DNA of 63,842 nt, the filler included, from Phoronis australis (Eukaryota; Animalia; Phoronida): NCBI GenBank assembly GCA_002633005.1. It is 8 parts of 8 records of this genome, joined end to end, with 100 filler letters (N's around TTAATTAATTAA, not from the genome) between each part and the next. Parts side by side here need not be neighbours in the genome. Positions count along the whole stretch, not along the records: positions 1 to 15,467 come from NMRA01001533.1; 7 more parts are not named here. One strand, given 5' to 3'. A model generated the notes under the pieces. It searched no databases. It saw only the letters and a list, made by a program, of their open reading frames with translations, and was not told the origin of the DNA. Below, piece after piece: positions 1-13,330 of the stretch. How positions within the stretch are numbered: position 1 is the stretch's first letter; each line of letters begins with the position of its first letter. A program made the position numbers and the translations under genes.

Positions 1-199
1 CCTCACCTTTCCAAAAAAAAATTACTTCAAAGACTGGCCATAATAAAACGAAGTTTTCCCGAGAGGATTATGAAACAAACCTTGACTTTCGACTAGCTCA
101 GAGCATAGGAACAGGTGCGAATACACCGTGTTGGAGCCCAGCTATAGTTACTTCACTCGGCTTCCAACCACCCGTCAGCACGCTGGCCCTAGACCCATT

Positions 200-690
200 C
201 TTACTCTCCGTAAACTTTGTTGGTTCATGATTATTCAAATCCTGATGGCTGCATCCCCGGTAGGCCTATTCCCCCCAACTCTGGCGGACGTGGAGGGCCG
301 GCCGGTACTGGTGATAGGCCTATCCAGAGAATGGGTGAGAGGTGGCGATAACAAGGGGGTAGGTTGGCGAAGTCAAATTGGTTTGTGTCCTCCAATAAGT
401 CTGTCCTTCCTACGGGTCTGAATAACTGTTTTACTTTTCTCAATTTAGCCGGCAATGATCTCAACATGTTCCACAGTCCCCTGGCTCGGGCTATTCCGGG
501 TCGCGTTCGTCACATGAGGGCGCTGCAAAAAACTTGGTTCTTCTACGCCTGAAGAAGCATAACAGTGCAAATTACGAAGATGGCGAACCCAGGAAGAGAT
601 GCCCAAACTCCAAGAGCAAAGCTTAAAGATACGGTACATCTGTTCAGCTTTATGCAAATAATTCATACTGCATTTCTTAAAAACGATTCA
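200..690 (-). mobile_element. Possible degenerate L1/Tx1-type LINE ORF2 fragment
   Basis: Broken minus-strand frames contain NYLHKAEQMYRIFKL and RPPELGGIGLP, reminiscent of the post-RT 'PxxxGGLGLP' region of L1/Tx1 ORF2; many stops and shifts. Confidence 0.3.
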
Positions 691-802
691 CAGAGTACTT
701 GTGCTTTGGTTTAATTTTAAGGGTTGCTTAAATTATGTAAGGCGGTGCCTTTATCTATCATCTATGGGGGCAAATACAGAAATAAATAATGTTAGGGATT
801 GT

Positions 803-3706
803 TAGGGTGAGCAAACCCAAATACAAATTTCATTAGAAACACTTGAAAAGAGTGTTAAATGATAGCTTTAGACATGTCGTTTATACAACTTTTTGAATTT
901 TTCAAATCGGTTCGGCGGTTCTCGAGTTATTTGAATTTTAGAGCCTCAAAAATGGCCTTTTTTCAGCAAACGGCACCCAGAAATTTCAGGCCACAGAAAA
1001 TGGCAAGTTTAGGCACCTATATTTGGTAATCCGTAGCTCACAGTGTCCTTAAAACAAGATGAAGAGTACTTTGCAAGTAGGTTAACAACATGGCATAGAC
1101 ACTAAACCACAAATTATTATATTTTGCACGAACAAGAACAACAAATAATGAAAAATTCACCATCGACTTGTGACAGGACATTTTTGCCCCTGAAGCTAAG
1201 TTTAACAAGTGATGTTTTAAAAGGAGAGCAACTTATTACCTTGAAAATGACAAAACACTTCAAGAATTACTATGGTTTAGTGAACATGTTTCTTTGGCTC
1301 CAAAAGATTTTGAAATAGTTCTAAAAAATGAAATTTGCATAACAAATGAATTCAAAATGAGCAAAAACCAGAAAACTAGTCTTTTTCAGAGTATTTCGTT
1401 ATCTATTTAAAAACCTGTGAGGTTATGTACATTAATGTTTTTTCCCATGTAAGATCAATGTTTTCACAATCTTAAAGGAGAATGCCACCCGATTTAATTA
1501 GTCTTTTTTGCCATCTTAATCGGTCTATATCCACATCGCCTCGCTTACGGTCGACCTTACCTTGCCAAGAGGTGTCGGGTTAACCTGTGAGGAAGGTGAG
1601 AAACGACGCTAGCGACGTCAGTGGTTCATATGCAGAGTGAATGCCGCTATGTTGCGGTGCATCGTTCCCGCTTGTCCGAACTAAGCAGCTGCCAGGAAAG
1701 TGGGTATATCGTTTTTTTACTTCCTCGAGAGTCCGAAATGCTTAGGAAGTGGCTCTTGGTAGTGAAGAATGAACTGCACACGAGGCCGTGAAACATCTCC
1801 GTGTCTGTGGCCTGCAGACATCGACAGTGCCTCACGAATGCCAGCTTACCAAATAACTCCATACGTTCGATTGTCTGAGCTTGTTCACGGCGCCTCTCTA
1901 GTATTTCTTCATCACTGTATTCCTGTTCGAATTGATAGCCTGTAAAACTTAACGATTCACCTGCGAAGTCGGGAGTGGTGAGCTCTAGCTCGTCCTAAGC
2001 CGGGATTGCGAGTTGCCATGTTGATGTTTATTACTGAGCGTTCTGTTTCAAAATGAATTATTCTCACCCTAACCAATACTTACATAAAACTGAAACAAAG
2101 TCTGTCTCATTAGATGCAATTTGTAATGCCTTTGGAGTGTTCGTGAGTGCAAATAATTTGAGAAGCCAGCAATGAATAAATCACTGCGTAACCGGCTTTA
2201 GGTACAATAAAACTAATTGACGGGACACCGAGGCCATGTGACCTCATGCTAATTTAGTTTTTGCTGGCAGAAACTGTTGTGAAACAACTCCGGCGATTGC
2301 TATCCCACGGCCAGGTGTTAGGGGAATCTTTATTTACATTTACATTACTCAAATAATGATTGTCAATGTACAACTTCTACCCTGACAGTGCTGTGGCCAA
2401 CTAAAGCAGAACCTGAATTCGCGGCCCCCGACGAGTAAGTAGACTCAGTTTCGTGGCTAATTCACCCACATAATCACGTGAACATTACTTTAGCTCACTA
2501 GTATAGTATTTTCTTGACTGGAAGTTTAGTTTCCACTCAACTTTGGCTGGTTTATGTTCGTGATGTCTGATCAGTTTCNNNNNNNNNNNNNNNNNNNNNN
2601 NNNNNNNNNNNNNNNNNNNNNNNNNNNNNNNNNNNNNNNNNNNNNNNNNNNNNNNNNNNNNNNNNNNNNNNNNNNNNNNNNNNNNNNNNNNNNNNNNNNN
2701 NNNNNNNNNNNNNNNNNNNNNNNNNNNNNNNNNNNNNNNNNNNNNNNNNNNNNNNNNNNNNNNNNNNNNNNNNNNNNNNNNNNNNNNNNNNNNNNNNNNN
2801 NNNNNNNNNNNNNNNNNNNNNNNNNNNNNNNNNNNNNNNNNNNNNNNNNNNNNNNNNNNNNNNNNNNNNNNNNNNNNNNNNNNNNNNNNNNNNNNNNNNN
2901 NNNNNNNNNNNNNNNNNNNNNNNNNNNNNNNNNNNNNNNNNNNNNNNNNNNNNNNNNNNNNNNNNNNNNNNNNNNNNNNNNNNNNNNNNNNNNNNNNNNN
3001 NNNNNNNNNNNNNNNNNNNNNNNNNNNNNNNNNNNNNNNNNNNNNNNNNNNNNNNNNNNNNNNNNNNNNNNNNNNNNNNNNNNNNNNNNNNNNNNNNNNN
3101 NNNNNNNNNNNNNNNNNNNNNNNNNNNNNNNNNNNNNNNNNNNNNNNNNNNNNNNNNNNNNNNNNNNNNNNNNNNNNNNNNNNNNNNNNNNNNNNNNNNN
3201 NNNNNNNNNNNNNNNNNNNNNNNNNNNNNNNNNNNNNNNNNNNNACATTGAGTGTACACTTTCAGGATTTTTCCAGGTGAGAGAGTGGCGAGGCAGTAAA
3301 CTAAAAAAAGTACATTTTCTCACATTTTTGTCAAAAAAATAAAAAGTGTACACTAGGGTTGAAAGCAGAATTTTGTAGCAAACAGTTTGATATAAATATC
3401 ATTAAAATCGGTTCCGTAACGGCCATTTAACAGCTGAAAGTTTGACCCCTACTGAAAGTCACAAGAATTTACCGGTGAGTGAAAAATATGTGAGGTGCTC
3501 ACTTTACTTCCATATTTAAAAATACTCATTAATGCCCAATTTTTTTGTAATGGATATCAATAGACAGAAAAAAATTAAATATTTCACTGGCGTACTTTTC
3601 ATTTTCCACCACTTAGTATGCTAATAGATATGAGCTTGTGAAAATCATGAAAAATGGCAAAATTTCGCTCTTGCTGAATTTCCACCATATTGGTTTGCTC
3701 ACCCTA
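803..3706. mobile_element. hAT-like non-autonomous element (TIR TAGGGTGAGCAAACC) spanning an N gap, with a nested Kolobok-like element
   Basis: TAGGGTGAGCAAACC at 803-817 is the perfect inverse of GGTTTGCTCACCCTA at 3692-3706. ATAATGT occurs at 786-792 and 3707-3713 as a candidate TSD, with a 10-bp partial duplication of the left end in between. Confidence 0.55.
1476..2578 (+). mobile_element. Kolobok-like non-autonomous DNA transposon with THAP remnant, family A copy 1
   Basis: Starts TTAA|AGGAGAATGCCACCCG. Degenerate THAP-like frame (MLRCIVPAC..ISFFLLPRESEMLRKW..VCGL) at ~1648-1820. Near-identical inverted copy at 15568-16447. The right end is lost in the gap. Confidence 0.6.
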
Positions 3707-4796
3707 ATAATGTCTGAAATCTGTCTATCGACGTCCGAATTAGACTGTGACCACTGTCTCTAGCTGGCCCCAGTAGCGATGGTAAAGTACCTATTGGGCG
3801 CAGGCGTCCTCAGCTTCTGATCGTCCCCAATACGCTACATATAATACTTCAAGTTATGACACTCGAGACTAGAAATTCCACGGGTGCTTGATTCAGCCAT
3901 CCATGTCAAACTCATAACTTAATAAATTCACACAAAACGGGTTCAGCAAACCATGAACAATTATTCTTTCTTATAATACCATTCACGGTGTCCTGCTCCA
4001 GTGAGTTCGCAAGAAATTTGCAGTCAAAGCACGAAAATGTTCCCAAAAGCCCAAATACACCTCGCATTTTGACGATTCGAGGTCAAGGACAGTACGGAAA
4101 TTGCAGGTTTGTCGCGTAAAGTCACGATCTACACTTAGCCGTCCATCCGTAACTGATCGGTAATTTACGTTCGGGATGCGAATTTCGGAGTAGCATATGT
4201 GTGTACCCAGGGGGCTTGGGTGGTGAATGCACAATGCTTAGGATTTGAACAAACCCTGTTTACTCTTTTTTCAGTAATAAGGTCCACAAACCCAAAAATC
4301 CGAGACCCCTGCATCCCTACATTTTAGGCTGGGCGCATGCATGTGGCAAAATTCTGGTTGTTCCTGTGCCCTGGCCCCCCTAACTCAAAATCCTGGATCC
4401 GCCTCTGAATCAGTTACCAGTACTTCCACTGAATAGCTTGCATTATTCAGTGGAAGTAATTGTTTCTTCTATTAACTGGGAGTAACTGGTTCTCAAATCA
4501 ATTTTAAGTCTAGGTAATAGTACCATATGTGGTTTTGTATCTTAAAAATGATTTGCGAACCAATGACTCCCACTGAGTCAGTGCGAGTAACTGGTTCTCG
4601 AATCAATTTTAATCAAGGACCCACCTATCGAACTATTGTTGCCCTCAGGCTGGTAAATTCCTGTTGTGGGGCTTGACGCTTAGTAACACCAGCTAACCAA
4701 ATGTGACCTGGCAAAATTGCCAGCCACCAGGTGAAAAATGAGATCACCAAAATCAGATAAATGTGGCAGTGGCAGCATTGTGAAAAGTTGAAAAAT

Positions 4797-4907
4797 AGCC
4801 AGGATGGTACTGACATAGCCAGGATGGTACTGACATAACCACAGGGGCCAGGATGGTACTGACATAACCACAGGGGCCAGGATGGTACTGACATAACCAC
4901 AGGGGCA
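4797..4907. repeat. 29-bp tandem repeat (CCAGGATGGTACTGACATAACCACAGGGG), ~4 units
   Basis: AGGATGGTACTGACATA recurs at 4801, 4821, 4850 and 4879. Confidence 0.9.
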
Positions 4908-5578
4908 TGGCCACCTGTCATTACAAAAAATTCTTGGGAGCTTGTGCAAAGTGAAGGCCAAATCTTAACACCACAGCACATGTTGTCAATGGTCACAGGG
5001 ATCCAGCAAGCAAAATTTGTGATGATGAGAGTGTCTCAACACCCATGTGGCACACCCCTTGGTTTTTACCTATTTTTGCATTCCTCCGTCCCTATCCCTG
5101 GCACCCGTGGGCAACTGCTCCCTTAACTCCCAGGAGCAATCATTAAAATTGTGTAGTCCATGGAGATATCAATTTTAATTAGGGACGATTATTAGCTTTT
5201 TTAAAAGCTCAGTCATGAACCAATAACCATGGCTTTTAAAGGGAACTTCAAAAAGAATGTGATAGCAAAAAACGTGACGTCTTTTACACTTAAATACCAA
5301 TCATGTCAATCAAGAACACACTGTTTCAAAAATTTGGAAATTGTCTCCTATCTCATCCACACTCCTCATTTTATTGTAACCCCTGGGTGATGAAGCATGT
5401 GGGGGCAGATTCGATATGCTAAGGACAAAGTCAACATCGCTAACTCTAATACTTTCACCGCTAACCCCCCTCATCATATCGGTGTTAAAGAGCATATGGA
5501 TACTTTCACAATCCCGGAGCCTTCTAGTTTCACACCTTGGAGCTACGTTATGCAGGACTTGCAAAGATGTTCAGTTAA

Positions 5579-6688
5579 GGTGTATACATCGTGAAAAGTA
5601 GAGCTTTCACGATCAACTCTGTTTCTTCAATGACAAAGATGGTCTCAGTCTACACTTGGCAATTGTTTGGAGTGTTACAATAACCCTAAATGTGCATTGT
5701 TGTTTCAATGCAGCGTTTTTAAACAGTACACACCATGGATTTTTGCACATTTCGAATTACCAGTGGCCACAGAATAGATGTATGACGTAAAATTTAGCCA
5801 AATCCATGATTATTTTGTGTCATTAGCTCGAAATTTTGATTTCTCTTTCAATTTTTGCCAATTTTCACATTTCCCGCCATGTGACATCATGGGTTGAACA
5901 CAAGAGATCAGCGACTAGCATTGAACAACGGCGGAGAGTAGGGAATTTGAAAGCGACAACGATTATGAGCAAGAAATGAACAAATACTATGAAGAAACGT
6001 ACGAGAATGGTGGCCAGGATGACGAAATGGGGTTGCACGAGAGCGAGAACGAGTTTGATATGTTTTCAGCTGCGTACTTTTCTACTTCGGGGCCTTACGA
6101 ACTGGATCCTCCCGCTAGAGAAGCGGCCTCGGGCTCGGCCAGTCAACCCAGTCATCCAACAGACGATCCTGAATAAAGAGCCGATGTTTCTGAATAGTAA
6201 ATATTGTCCTTTATTGAACCAGGCCTTCATCGTAACATCTCCTCTGATTGGAGTCGAAACACGACTCCTCAAAATGGACAGAACACAGAGTGGCTCCGGA
6301 CAGAATCGCTTGGTCCACGCTGAGGTCCCACACTCTCGTTCGGCGCACGAAGCGATGCCACTACTGCGCAACTTTGGCGTCCTTCGGAACACCGAGACGT
6401 TCTCCGTGTGACTGCTGTTGCTGCAGCCTCCGCAAACACATCTTTTCATCACTCTACGAACCTTCTCGACGCTAAATATACTTTACTTTCACTTCACTCT
6501 ATACACTTAGTTGCTGATCCGAACAGTGTGCCGAACGACTTGGGTTCAACCCATGATGTTGTACATAATTATTATTTTTTTTCAATTTTTACGTGTTTCT
6601 TTATGAGCTGTGCACTAAAGGCACTGAAATCAAGTAAGATATAATAATAAAATTTATTTTGAGGTACTAGAGTCATGTTGCGTACACT
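5579..6688 (-). mobile_element. Kolobok-like element family B (TTAA TSD, imperfect TIRs, THAP remnant)
   Basis: TTAA at 5575-5578 and 6689-6692. Ends GGTGTATACATCGTGA vs inverse AGTGTACGCAACATGA (11/16). Internal perfect inverted repeat CATCATGGGTTGAAC (5885-5899 / 6544-6558). Frameshifted THAP on minus (MKRCVCGGCSNS...LCSVHFEESCF) and a convergent acidic ORF at 5976-6176. Confidence 0.6.
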
Positions 6689-7126
6689 TTAAAATGGCAT
6701 GCAACTTTACTAAGTGAAGTGCCGGATGCAAATTCCATTTGAAATCAAATAATTATTTCAAACTTAAATATTGTTTTTAACTGGCAGTATAGTTCAAAGT
6801 ACTATACTCTGTAACAAGTCTGAAACGTAATGCAGCAAGAATAATGAATTTATTAACAAAAGGGCAATAAGTGTTTCCATGAAGTCCACAGATGCCGTAC
6901 ATTTGGCACTTGGAAAGTGCATAAGTCGTGAAATAGGTTGAAATAGGTTGAACTTTTCTATGGTGGCAACAATATTTAGTGTTGAAAATCCACCTGCTGT
7001 GAAGGTCTTAGTATACACTCTGGCGCATGACACGTGAGTTTGGCACTCAATAAAAGATTTGACGATTGCGAGAGGTTTTCAAGAGACTATTGTTATGCTA
7101 CGATATTTATTTTTTTATCATTTCAG

Positions 7127-7167
7127 TCTGGGCTTCTGATGTCTGTGATTCGCACTCTTTCTTCAAG
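7127..7167 (+). CDS. EXOC4: Exocyst complex component 4 (Sec8), coding exon (SGLLMSVIRTLSS)
   Basis: AG/GT bounded; matches the conserved Sec8 N-terminal SGLLxSVIRTLS motif; phase 2 joins the next exon. The start-codon exon was not identified. Confidence 0.85.
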
Positions 7168-8774
7168 GTATGTTTTCTCTGTTTAAGTTGAACGATACTG
7201 TATTGACATGCTGTCTGATCAGAATTCAGACATGAGCTCTTGTCAGACATCATATCTCTGCATTGTTATCCCCCAATCTTGAATCTGGAAGCAGATCAAC
7301 CTTCTTACCATGTGAAGCCGGAGACCAGTTGCACAAAACATTTGAAAATAGGGACTCGACTAAATCTTTTACGTATTTTGTTTCATTCTTTACTCATAGG
7401 ACGGTATAATTTCATCATTTCTTCTTTATTATGCGCTCCTCTTTGACTAAGAATGTTTTCATAATTATATGAATGAAAACAGTCCATAATTCAATCAAAA
7501 TAATTTGGGACTTAGTCCTCAAATTGGGGTCATTGCTTGAAAAGATCTCTACTTATTTTCATTAACATTGAGAATTCATTGTAATGAGCTTACTCTTGAT
7601 TTGTATCAAAGCTTAAAATTGGCTTAGTAATAATAATCGGACAGCACAAGAAAAGACAATTAGTGTTTTCTCAAGCATACCGATACCTAGTAGATTTAAG
7701 GCAATTAGGTGAGTTCCTAGTTGGTACTGTTTCATGCAACCAGGCACTGCATTCCAATGATGTGATTTGTGATAATGGTTCTTCCTGCCCGTGGTGATTA
7801 CACACGGTCCAGAATATGAGCAGATTTTACATTGTTCTGTGACTAATTACTCATAACAAGGTAAGCACTCATGATTGGTTGACTTATTAACCTTTTTCAG
7901 CAGTTGTAAAATGCGAATGCCTGACGAAATTTCTGCCTTAAATTTTTTAGTTTCGTGAAGCAGATTCCAAATTGGAGTGGTCAATCCAAGTCTTTCATTT
8001 AAACATGTTTAAGTGTTAATTCAGAGTCATTCTTACCAAGAGTTGCATACCAATGCACTGTCTGTATTAATTGCAGCCAAGTTGTAAAATTTCTCCAAGT
8101 TACATTTTTCGCTCAGTCTCTAGTGCAGTAAAAATTCTTCAACTTACAATGAACAAAGGTCTGAGCATTTTCCAAAGACTCCACACATTGCAATACAATG
8201 TGTTACAATGGTTGGAGTGGGTGAGCACGTTGATGGATATGCGAAATTCTACTTGTGCGCCATTTTGTGTCATAAACTGAAGAGTGTGTACCATTATTTA
8301 TTTACATAATAATTTTGATTTATTTGTTTCACTGGATAAAAATCATTAATGCCCAAATTTTTATCGTTCTGCAATGCTGTTTAGTGTCTTTCAATTTCTT
8401 CTTAAAATAAGAGGTTTCATTTCAGTTTCAGAACAATAACATCATTTTTGCATTAAAAAGGATTATTATAGTTTTTGCTTTGTGTTTCATAATTGCAAAA
8501 AGCTCCCTTAGATATGCATGTTTTTTTATTCTTCAAATTACAGGACGACCAAAGAAAACAAGCCCACAAAATTGATTTGAATTTTTAAAATTTTGCTTGT
8601 CTTGGATAAAACTAAAATGAATTCTGTGGAAAGACTATACATACTGAAACGGAAGTCTACCAAATCTGAGTCTATTAAATTTGAAAGAAAATTACTTAAT
8701 ATGTGGGATTATTGAACTTGGCATGGGTTTTGAGTCACCACATTTATAATAGTTTATTGTTGTGTTCTTTTTAG

Positions 8775-8863
8775 TGCCGACACTGAACAGCGAGAGAAGG
8801 AGAAGTCAAAACTAGAAAAGGAGTATAGGGACAGCGATGCCAAGTTAAAGAAAATGGTCTCCA
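8775..8863 (+). CDS. EXOC4: EXOC4 exon (ADTEQREKEKSKLEKEYRDSDAKLKKMVS)
   Basis: ttttag acceptor, gtaggt donor; phases compatible with flanking exons; aligns to the Sec8 'REnEKgrLEeaY..cD..L' segment. Confidence 0.88.
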
Positions 8864-10268
8864 GTAGGTATTTTTGTGACATACATTTGGTTGGTAATTC
8901 TCATCAACTATGCTCAGCAAACAGGTTTGGTGTTTTTATGAAATGAATGACCTGAATAATTTAATTTTCAACTCAGTGCTGTATTTTGTCCTGTTTAGCT
9001 GGCTAATTGATGCAAAAATGATTTATGGTCCTTTGCTCGCATAAGATAGGTCTCGTAATACTCCTTTCAAAGTTGGTTTCACAAAAAAAAATTTGTTTCA
9101 GTGATGGGATTCTGTTTCCGTTAGCAACAAGAACATGAAAATCATCTTGGTATTCACGTTAATGCTCCATAGTGTAGTGGGATTGGCCAACCTTATAATT
9201 GTGGAATCAAAAATGACGAAAGTATTCATTACCTTTGATTTAAGTTGCCTCACTGCTCATTCGATACTAATTCAAGAATACAGTAGTTGAGTGTGGTATT
9301 CTTTGTAAACCCCAAAACGCTAAAAGCTTATCTTGGACATTTTAACGGGTAAAATCCAGCTTAAATGAACTAAGTTAATTTTCAGCAAACATCTGTGGCT
9401 AACTCTCTTGATTTACCAGAATGATTTTGTTGATGTCATTTGAAAAAAAACACCCAATTTTAACAATTTTATGATATTTCAAAATTTTGTATTGTTTATA
9501 TTAAACTAAAGTCATGGTTTCCATGCGTCATGGCATTCGATCCATAATTATGTTCCACTCTTTTTGACGTCTTTGGAACCAGACATGCTGTTGTTGAGAA
9601 ATGAAGTAACATAATTTACAAGTTTTGTGGGAAAAACATGTTTGTCGAAAATACAGTAATCTTCAAGTTTCTAAAAAACATGATTTTTACTACCATTTCT
9701 AAAATGCAATCATGTGATTACAAATATTGGAACATGTGAGATTTTGTGTTCATCAAGCATTCAAAAATATAGGTTTGATGGGTCTACTATTAATATTTCA
9801 AACGTTATTGAATTAAATCCATTTTAGTGAAGGTTGTCTATTGCCTTAAATATTTGCTTTGTCCTCATTTTCTTGAAACTAACATGCAACAGGTGAAAAT
9901 AAATGCGACGTCAATATTTGACCAAGTCAATGTAAAAAACGTGGCTAAACATATAGTCAATTAGTACATTATTTTCTAAATCTTGACTAAACCTTAACAA
10001 GTGTTGCTCCTTGCACAATTTCACATTTCACAAATAATTTGTGGTAGGCTGCAGTAACTTGACATGAAAATCTGGCTGAGTTTTGACAAAGAGCTGGGTT
10101 AAGCATTCTATCGTAACTAATACTTTCAAATTCTTAAATACGTCCTGCAAAATTGTAATGGAAGTCTGGCAGTGTGTAACACAGTCTCCCTAATACTTAA
10201 TTTCAAAAATTAAAATTATGTGCTAGCAAAATCCACTTATGTGCACAATACATTTTCATTTCTTTCAG

Positions 10269-10331
10269 CGCACTACAGCGAGTTGACGTCAATCATTCAA
10301 GCGTTTTCCAAAATACAAAACAGAGTTACAG
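10269..10331 (+). CDS. EXOC4: EXOC4 exon (HYSELTSIIQAFSKIQNRVT)
   Basis: tttcag acceptor, gtatgc donor; 63 nt, phase 1-1; matches Sec8 HYxELT..I.......RIT. Confidence 0.88.
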
Positions 10332-11305
10332 GTATGCTATCTTTTATTGGATAGGTGTAGGCGAGACGCTGCCTTAGAAATGCATTTTAAAAGAAGGACC
10401 ATGTGCAGCATGTGTATGACTTGCTTTCAAACCCAAGTTGGATGAAACATAGGTTACACACTGTCCTTTGTATTGTAGATTGTTATGTAGGTTTAATGCG
10501 GCTATCCCATCTTACCTCAACCATAAAATTTAATTCTTTCTGTGATTATGCCTGTGCATATTACTATCATTCCAAAAATACAAACTCTGGAACATCGATG
10601 TTCTACACACTAGTCTGCATTACGCAAATCTGGAATTATGTAAATGAACTTTATTACTTTACGAAATATATGCCGATTGACTCATCAAATATATATGGGT
10701 CTGGGTTTGGCTTTCATTTTAGTTTCAAGGGGCGTACATTATTCAACTACAATTATGTTAATAGCCGGTGTTTTCACTATGAAATTGTTTTGTCACTAGT
10801 CTATTGAAATTATTTTATTGGCTATATTATACAATACCTGTATCACTCTGTAATGAGGAGGACTCTCTTAAAGCCATGCAGAGTAACAACACTACACTTG
10901 AAATTGTAACTCATGATGTGTTTCCTTTGACTTGAGGCATAATGACTTTTTGCAGTTATGCATATTAATTATGCATATTCTTGAGACTCTGGGCTGGGCC
11001 TTTGTCTGAAGAGACACGTTTTTCAAAGAAAAATTATACTTTTCGACTTATAGTACTTTTTACTCTTTATTTATTTATTGTAATATTTAAAATGAGGGTG
11101 GCCTCTTCAGCGTCAGCATTGTTTTACAAGAGGGCCCTCAACAATGGGATGTAATACAGTACAAAAACAATAGGTATTAGGCACATGTGCCTAAATGTCC
11201 CTTCTAGGCACAGACACCTTTCCATTTATGTGTGAATGTCTTGAACTGAGCATTTTTCTGTATTTCTATGTTTTTTTAACTTGAATTGGCGTTTTCAGCA
11301 TCAGT

Positions 11306-13330
11306 ACAAGTATCCGTGAGAGGGCTTCCACTTTTTTCTGAAATACCTTGTGGGGGGCTCTTTTTGGATGTAAATTGGATCGGTAAATTGAAATCTTTGG
11401 TAAAAAAGAACCCTTGAAATGAAAGCGCTCTGAGGAGCGAAACTTGGCGAAATTAACCAAAAAAACCATGTTAGAGATGACGAGAAAAGACGACGACAGA
11501 GATGATGACGAAGATGACAGCTATGACGATGATGGTGACAATGCATTCAATATCATTCATATGACGAACATAGACCAACATACTTGACGGAAGAATTCCG
11601 CCAAGTAACAAACTTAGTGGAAGAGCAACATACTTGGCGAAATTTATTTAAATTTAAAAAAAGATGACGATAAAGATGATGACGAAGATGATGAATATGA
11701 CGACGATGGTGGCGAGGATGAACAAAAAGGAGTAATAATAACATACACATGATGAACGTAGAAGTCAGGGCTTGGAATTTTCCGCGGAAACGTGGATTTC
11801 CGCTTTTTTCAAATGTGCTTTCCGCTTTTTTTATAATATTTCCGCGTAGAAAAATCGGATTTGATATAAAATTTCCGTGGCAAATTCCTTTCTTACCGCG
11901 GCGTTGCAGACGACGTTCACCTCGAAAAGCGGAAGTTGCTCTTTATGTTTCGGAGGAACGTAAATTGTCAACATTGCCGGGGCATCTGGGACAGCGTGGT
12001 GGGATTTTCAATGGCGTCTCGTGTTGTTGTTAAGCGCGGCGACAAATACTACCGCTCTGCAGCCAAAAATGTGTGTGGGTTGGGAGTGGACGGGCGAGCT
12101 AAAAGGACGCAGACGCATGCTACTGATGGTGGTAACCTTTTTTTTTTTTTTAGTCCCGATTTCTGTCGGGGAAAGGTTCACATTGACCATTTCAAGGCTG
12201 GTTATCGGGCATGATTTGGGCCGTAAAAGTTTCCGCGTTTTTTGTCATTGGTCATTCCAAGCTCTGAGAAGTCCAAAATCAGTAAGAAAAAGGCTACAGT
12301 CTTGAGCGACACTTGGCGAAATTAACGGAAAAGACGAACTTGATGACGATGATGACGAATATGATGATGGTGGTGGCGATGATGAACAACATCACAACAT
12401 TCAAATGACGAACTTAGATATCATAAATCAATAAGAAATAGGCTACAGTCTAGTTCAATAGAAGATACATGTAAACCAACATCAATGCAGCAAGAGCACT
12501 CAACAAAGGAACAGCGTTATCAGAAAATCTCAAATAACTCGAAAAGTAGACGTTCTAGCGAAAAATGGAAAGCATCTTCTGACAGCCCGTTCAAAATTCT
12601 ATCTAAACTGATGGTATCGCCTAATTCCGTAAATTTTTCGAAAAAAATGAAATTTTGCGTTTTTTAAGAAATTCAAATTCAAATAACTCGAAAACGGTAA
12701 GTCTGAGAAAAAATTGCTACAGGCCATTTGAAAGAATATATTTCAAAGAATCCACATGCAAAAAATCATGTTTTTTTTCTCTTCCCGTTAAAAATCGCAC
12801 TCCAGCACGACTGAAAATGGGCCAGATCCGCCGTCTTGAAAGCAACTTCCGGTTTTTGGCTTTGTATAATAGCATGTCATAAGAAACTTATACCTGTAAA
12901 AATTCGAAGGAATTGGTCTCATAATGCGCCCTCTACAGGAGAAAACGTTTTTAGGCCAAAATCGAGGTGCGCATGCGCGATCACCGATATTTCGGCCATC
13001 TTTAACCGGAAGTAAACAATTTCCGGTATGCTTTAAGAAAACTTCCGGTCCATTTACTGTGCCGATTCTTAGCCTTTTACGTAAAAAATTGTAGCCTCCA
13101 GAAGCATTTGAACCTTTAAATGAAAACAAAATGGCCACCACAGCCGCCATCTTGGATCCGATTTTGACAAAAAACAATAGGCTTCCAGTACTTCAGGAAC
13201 TACGTGTTATGTGTAAATTTTGTGATGATCGGACGAAAATTGCGACCTGTTTCGTGCGAACAAACAAAAAAAAGAAAAAAAACTTAGTGACAGAGCAACA
13301 TACTTGGCGAAATTTATTTCGCCAAGTAAT
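11306..13330 (+). mobile_element. Helentron/HINE-like non-autonomous repeat region with GAT/GAC low-complexity tracts
   Basis: Starts ACAAGTA; recurring ACATACTTGGCGAAA motifs; terminal hairpin TACTTGGCGAAA..TTTCGCCAAGTA at 13301-13328, with related hairpins at 11580-11607, 21381-21407 and 38283-38307. Confidence 0.4.
11766..12266. mobile_element. MITE with TIR CAGGGCTTGGAAT and 6-bp TSD (hAT6-like)
   Basis: Ends CAGGGCTTGGAAT / ATTCCAAGCTCTG; flanked on both sides by AGAAGT; same ends at 58567-58794. Confidence 0.75.

Noticed and set aside
2552-3353. Long X-filled ORFs here and at 17808, 26708 and 62388
   Set aside because: Artefacts of reading through N gaps.
3779-3787. ATG|GTAAAG as the EXOC4 start exon
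   Set aside because: Phase-compatible but unsupported: weak donor and no homology evidence.
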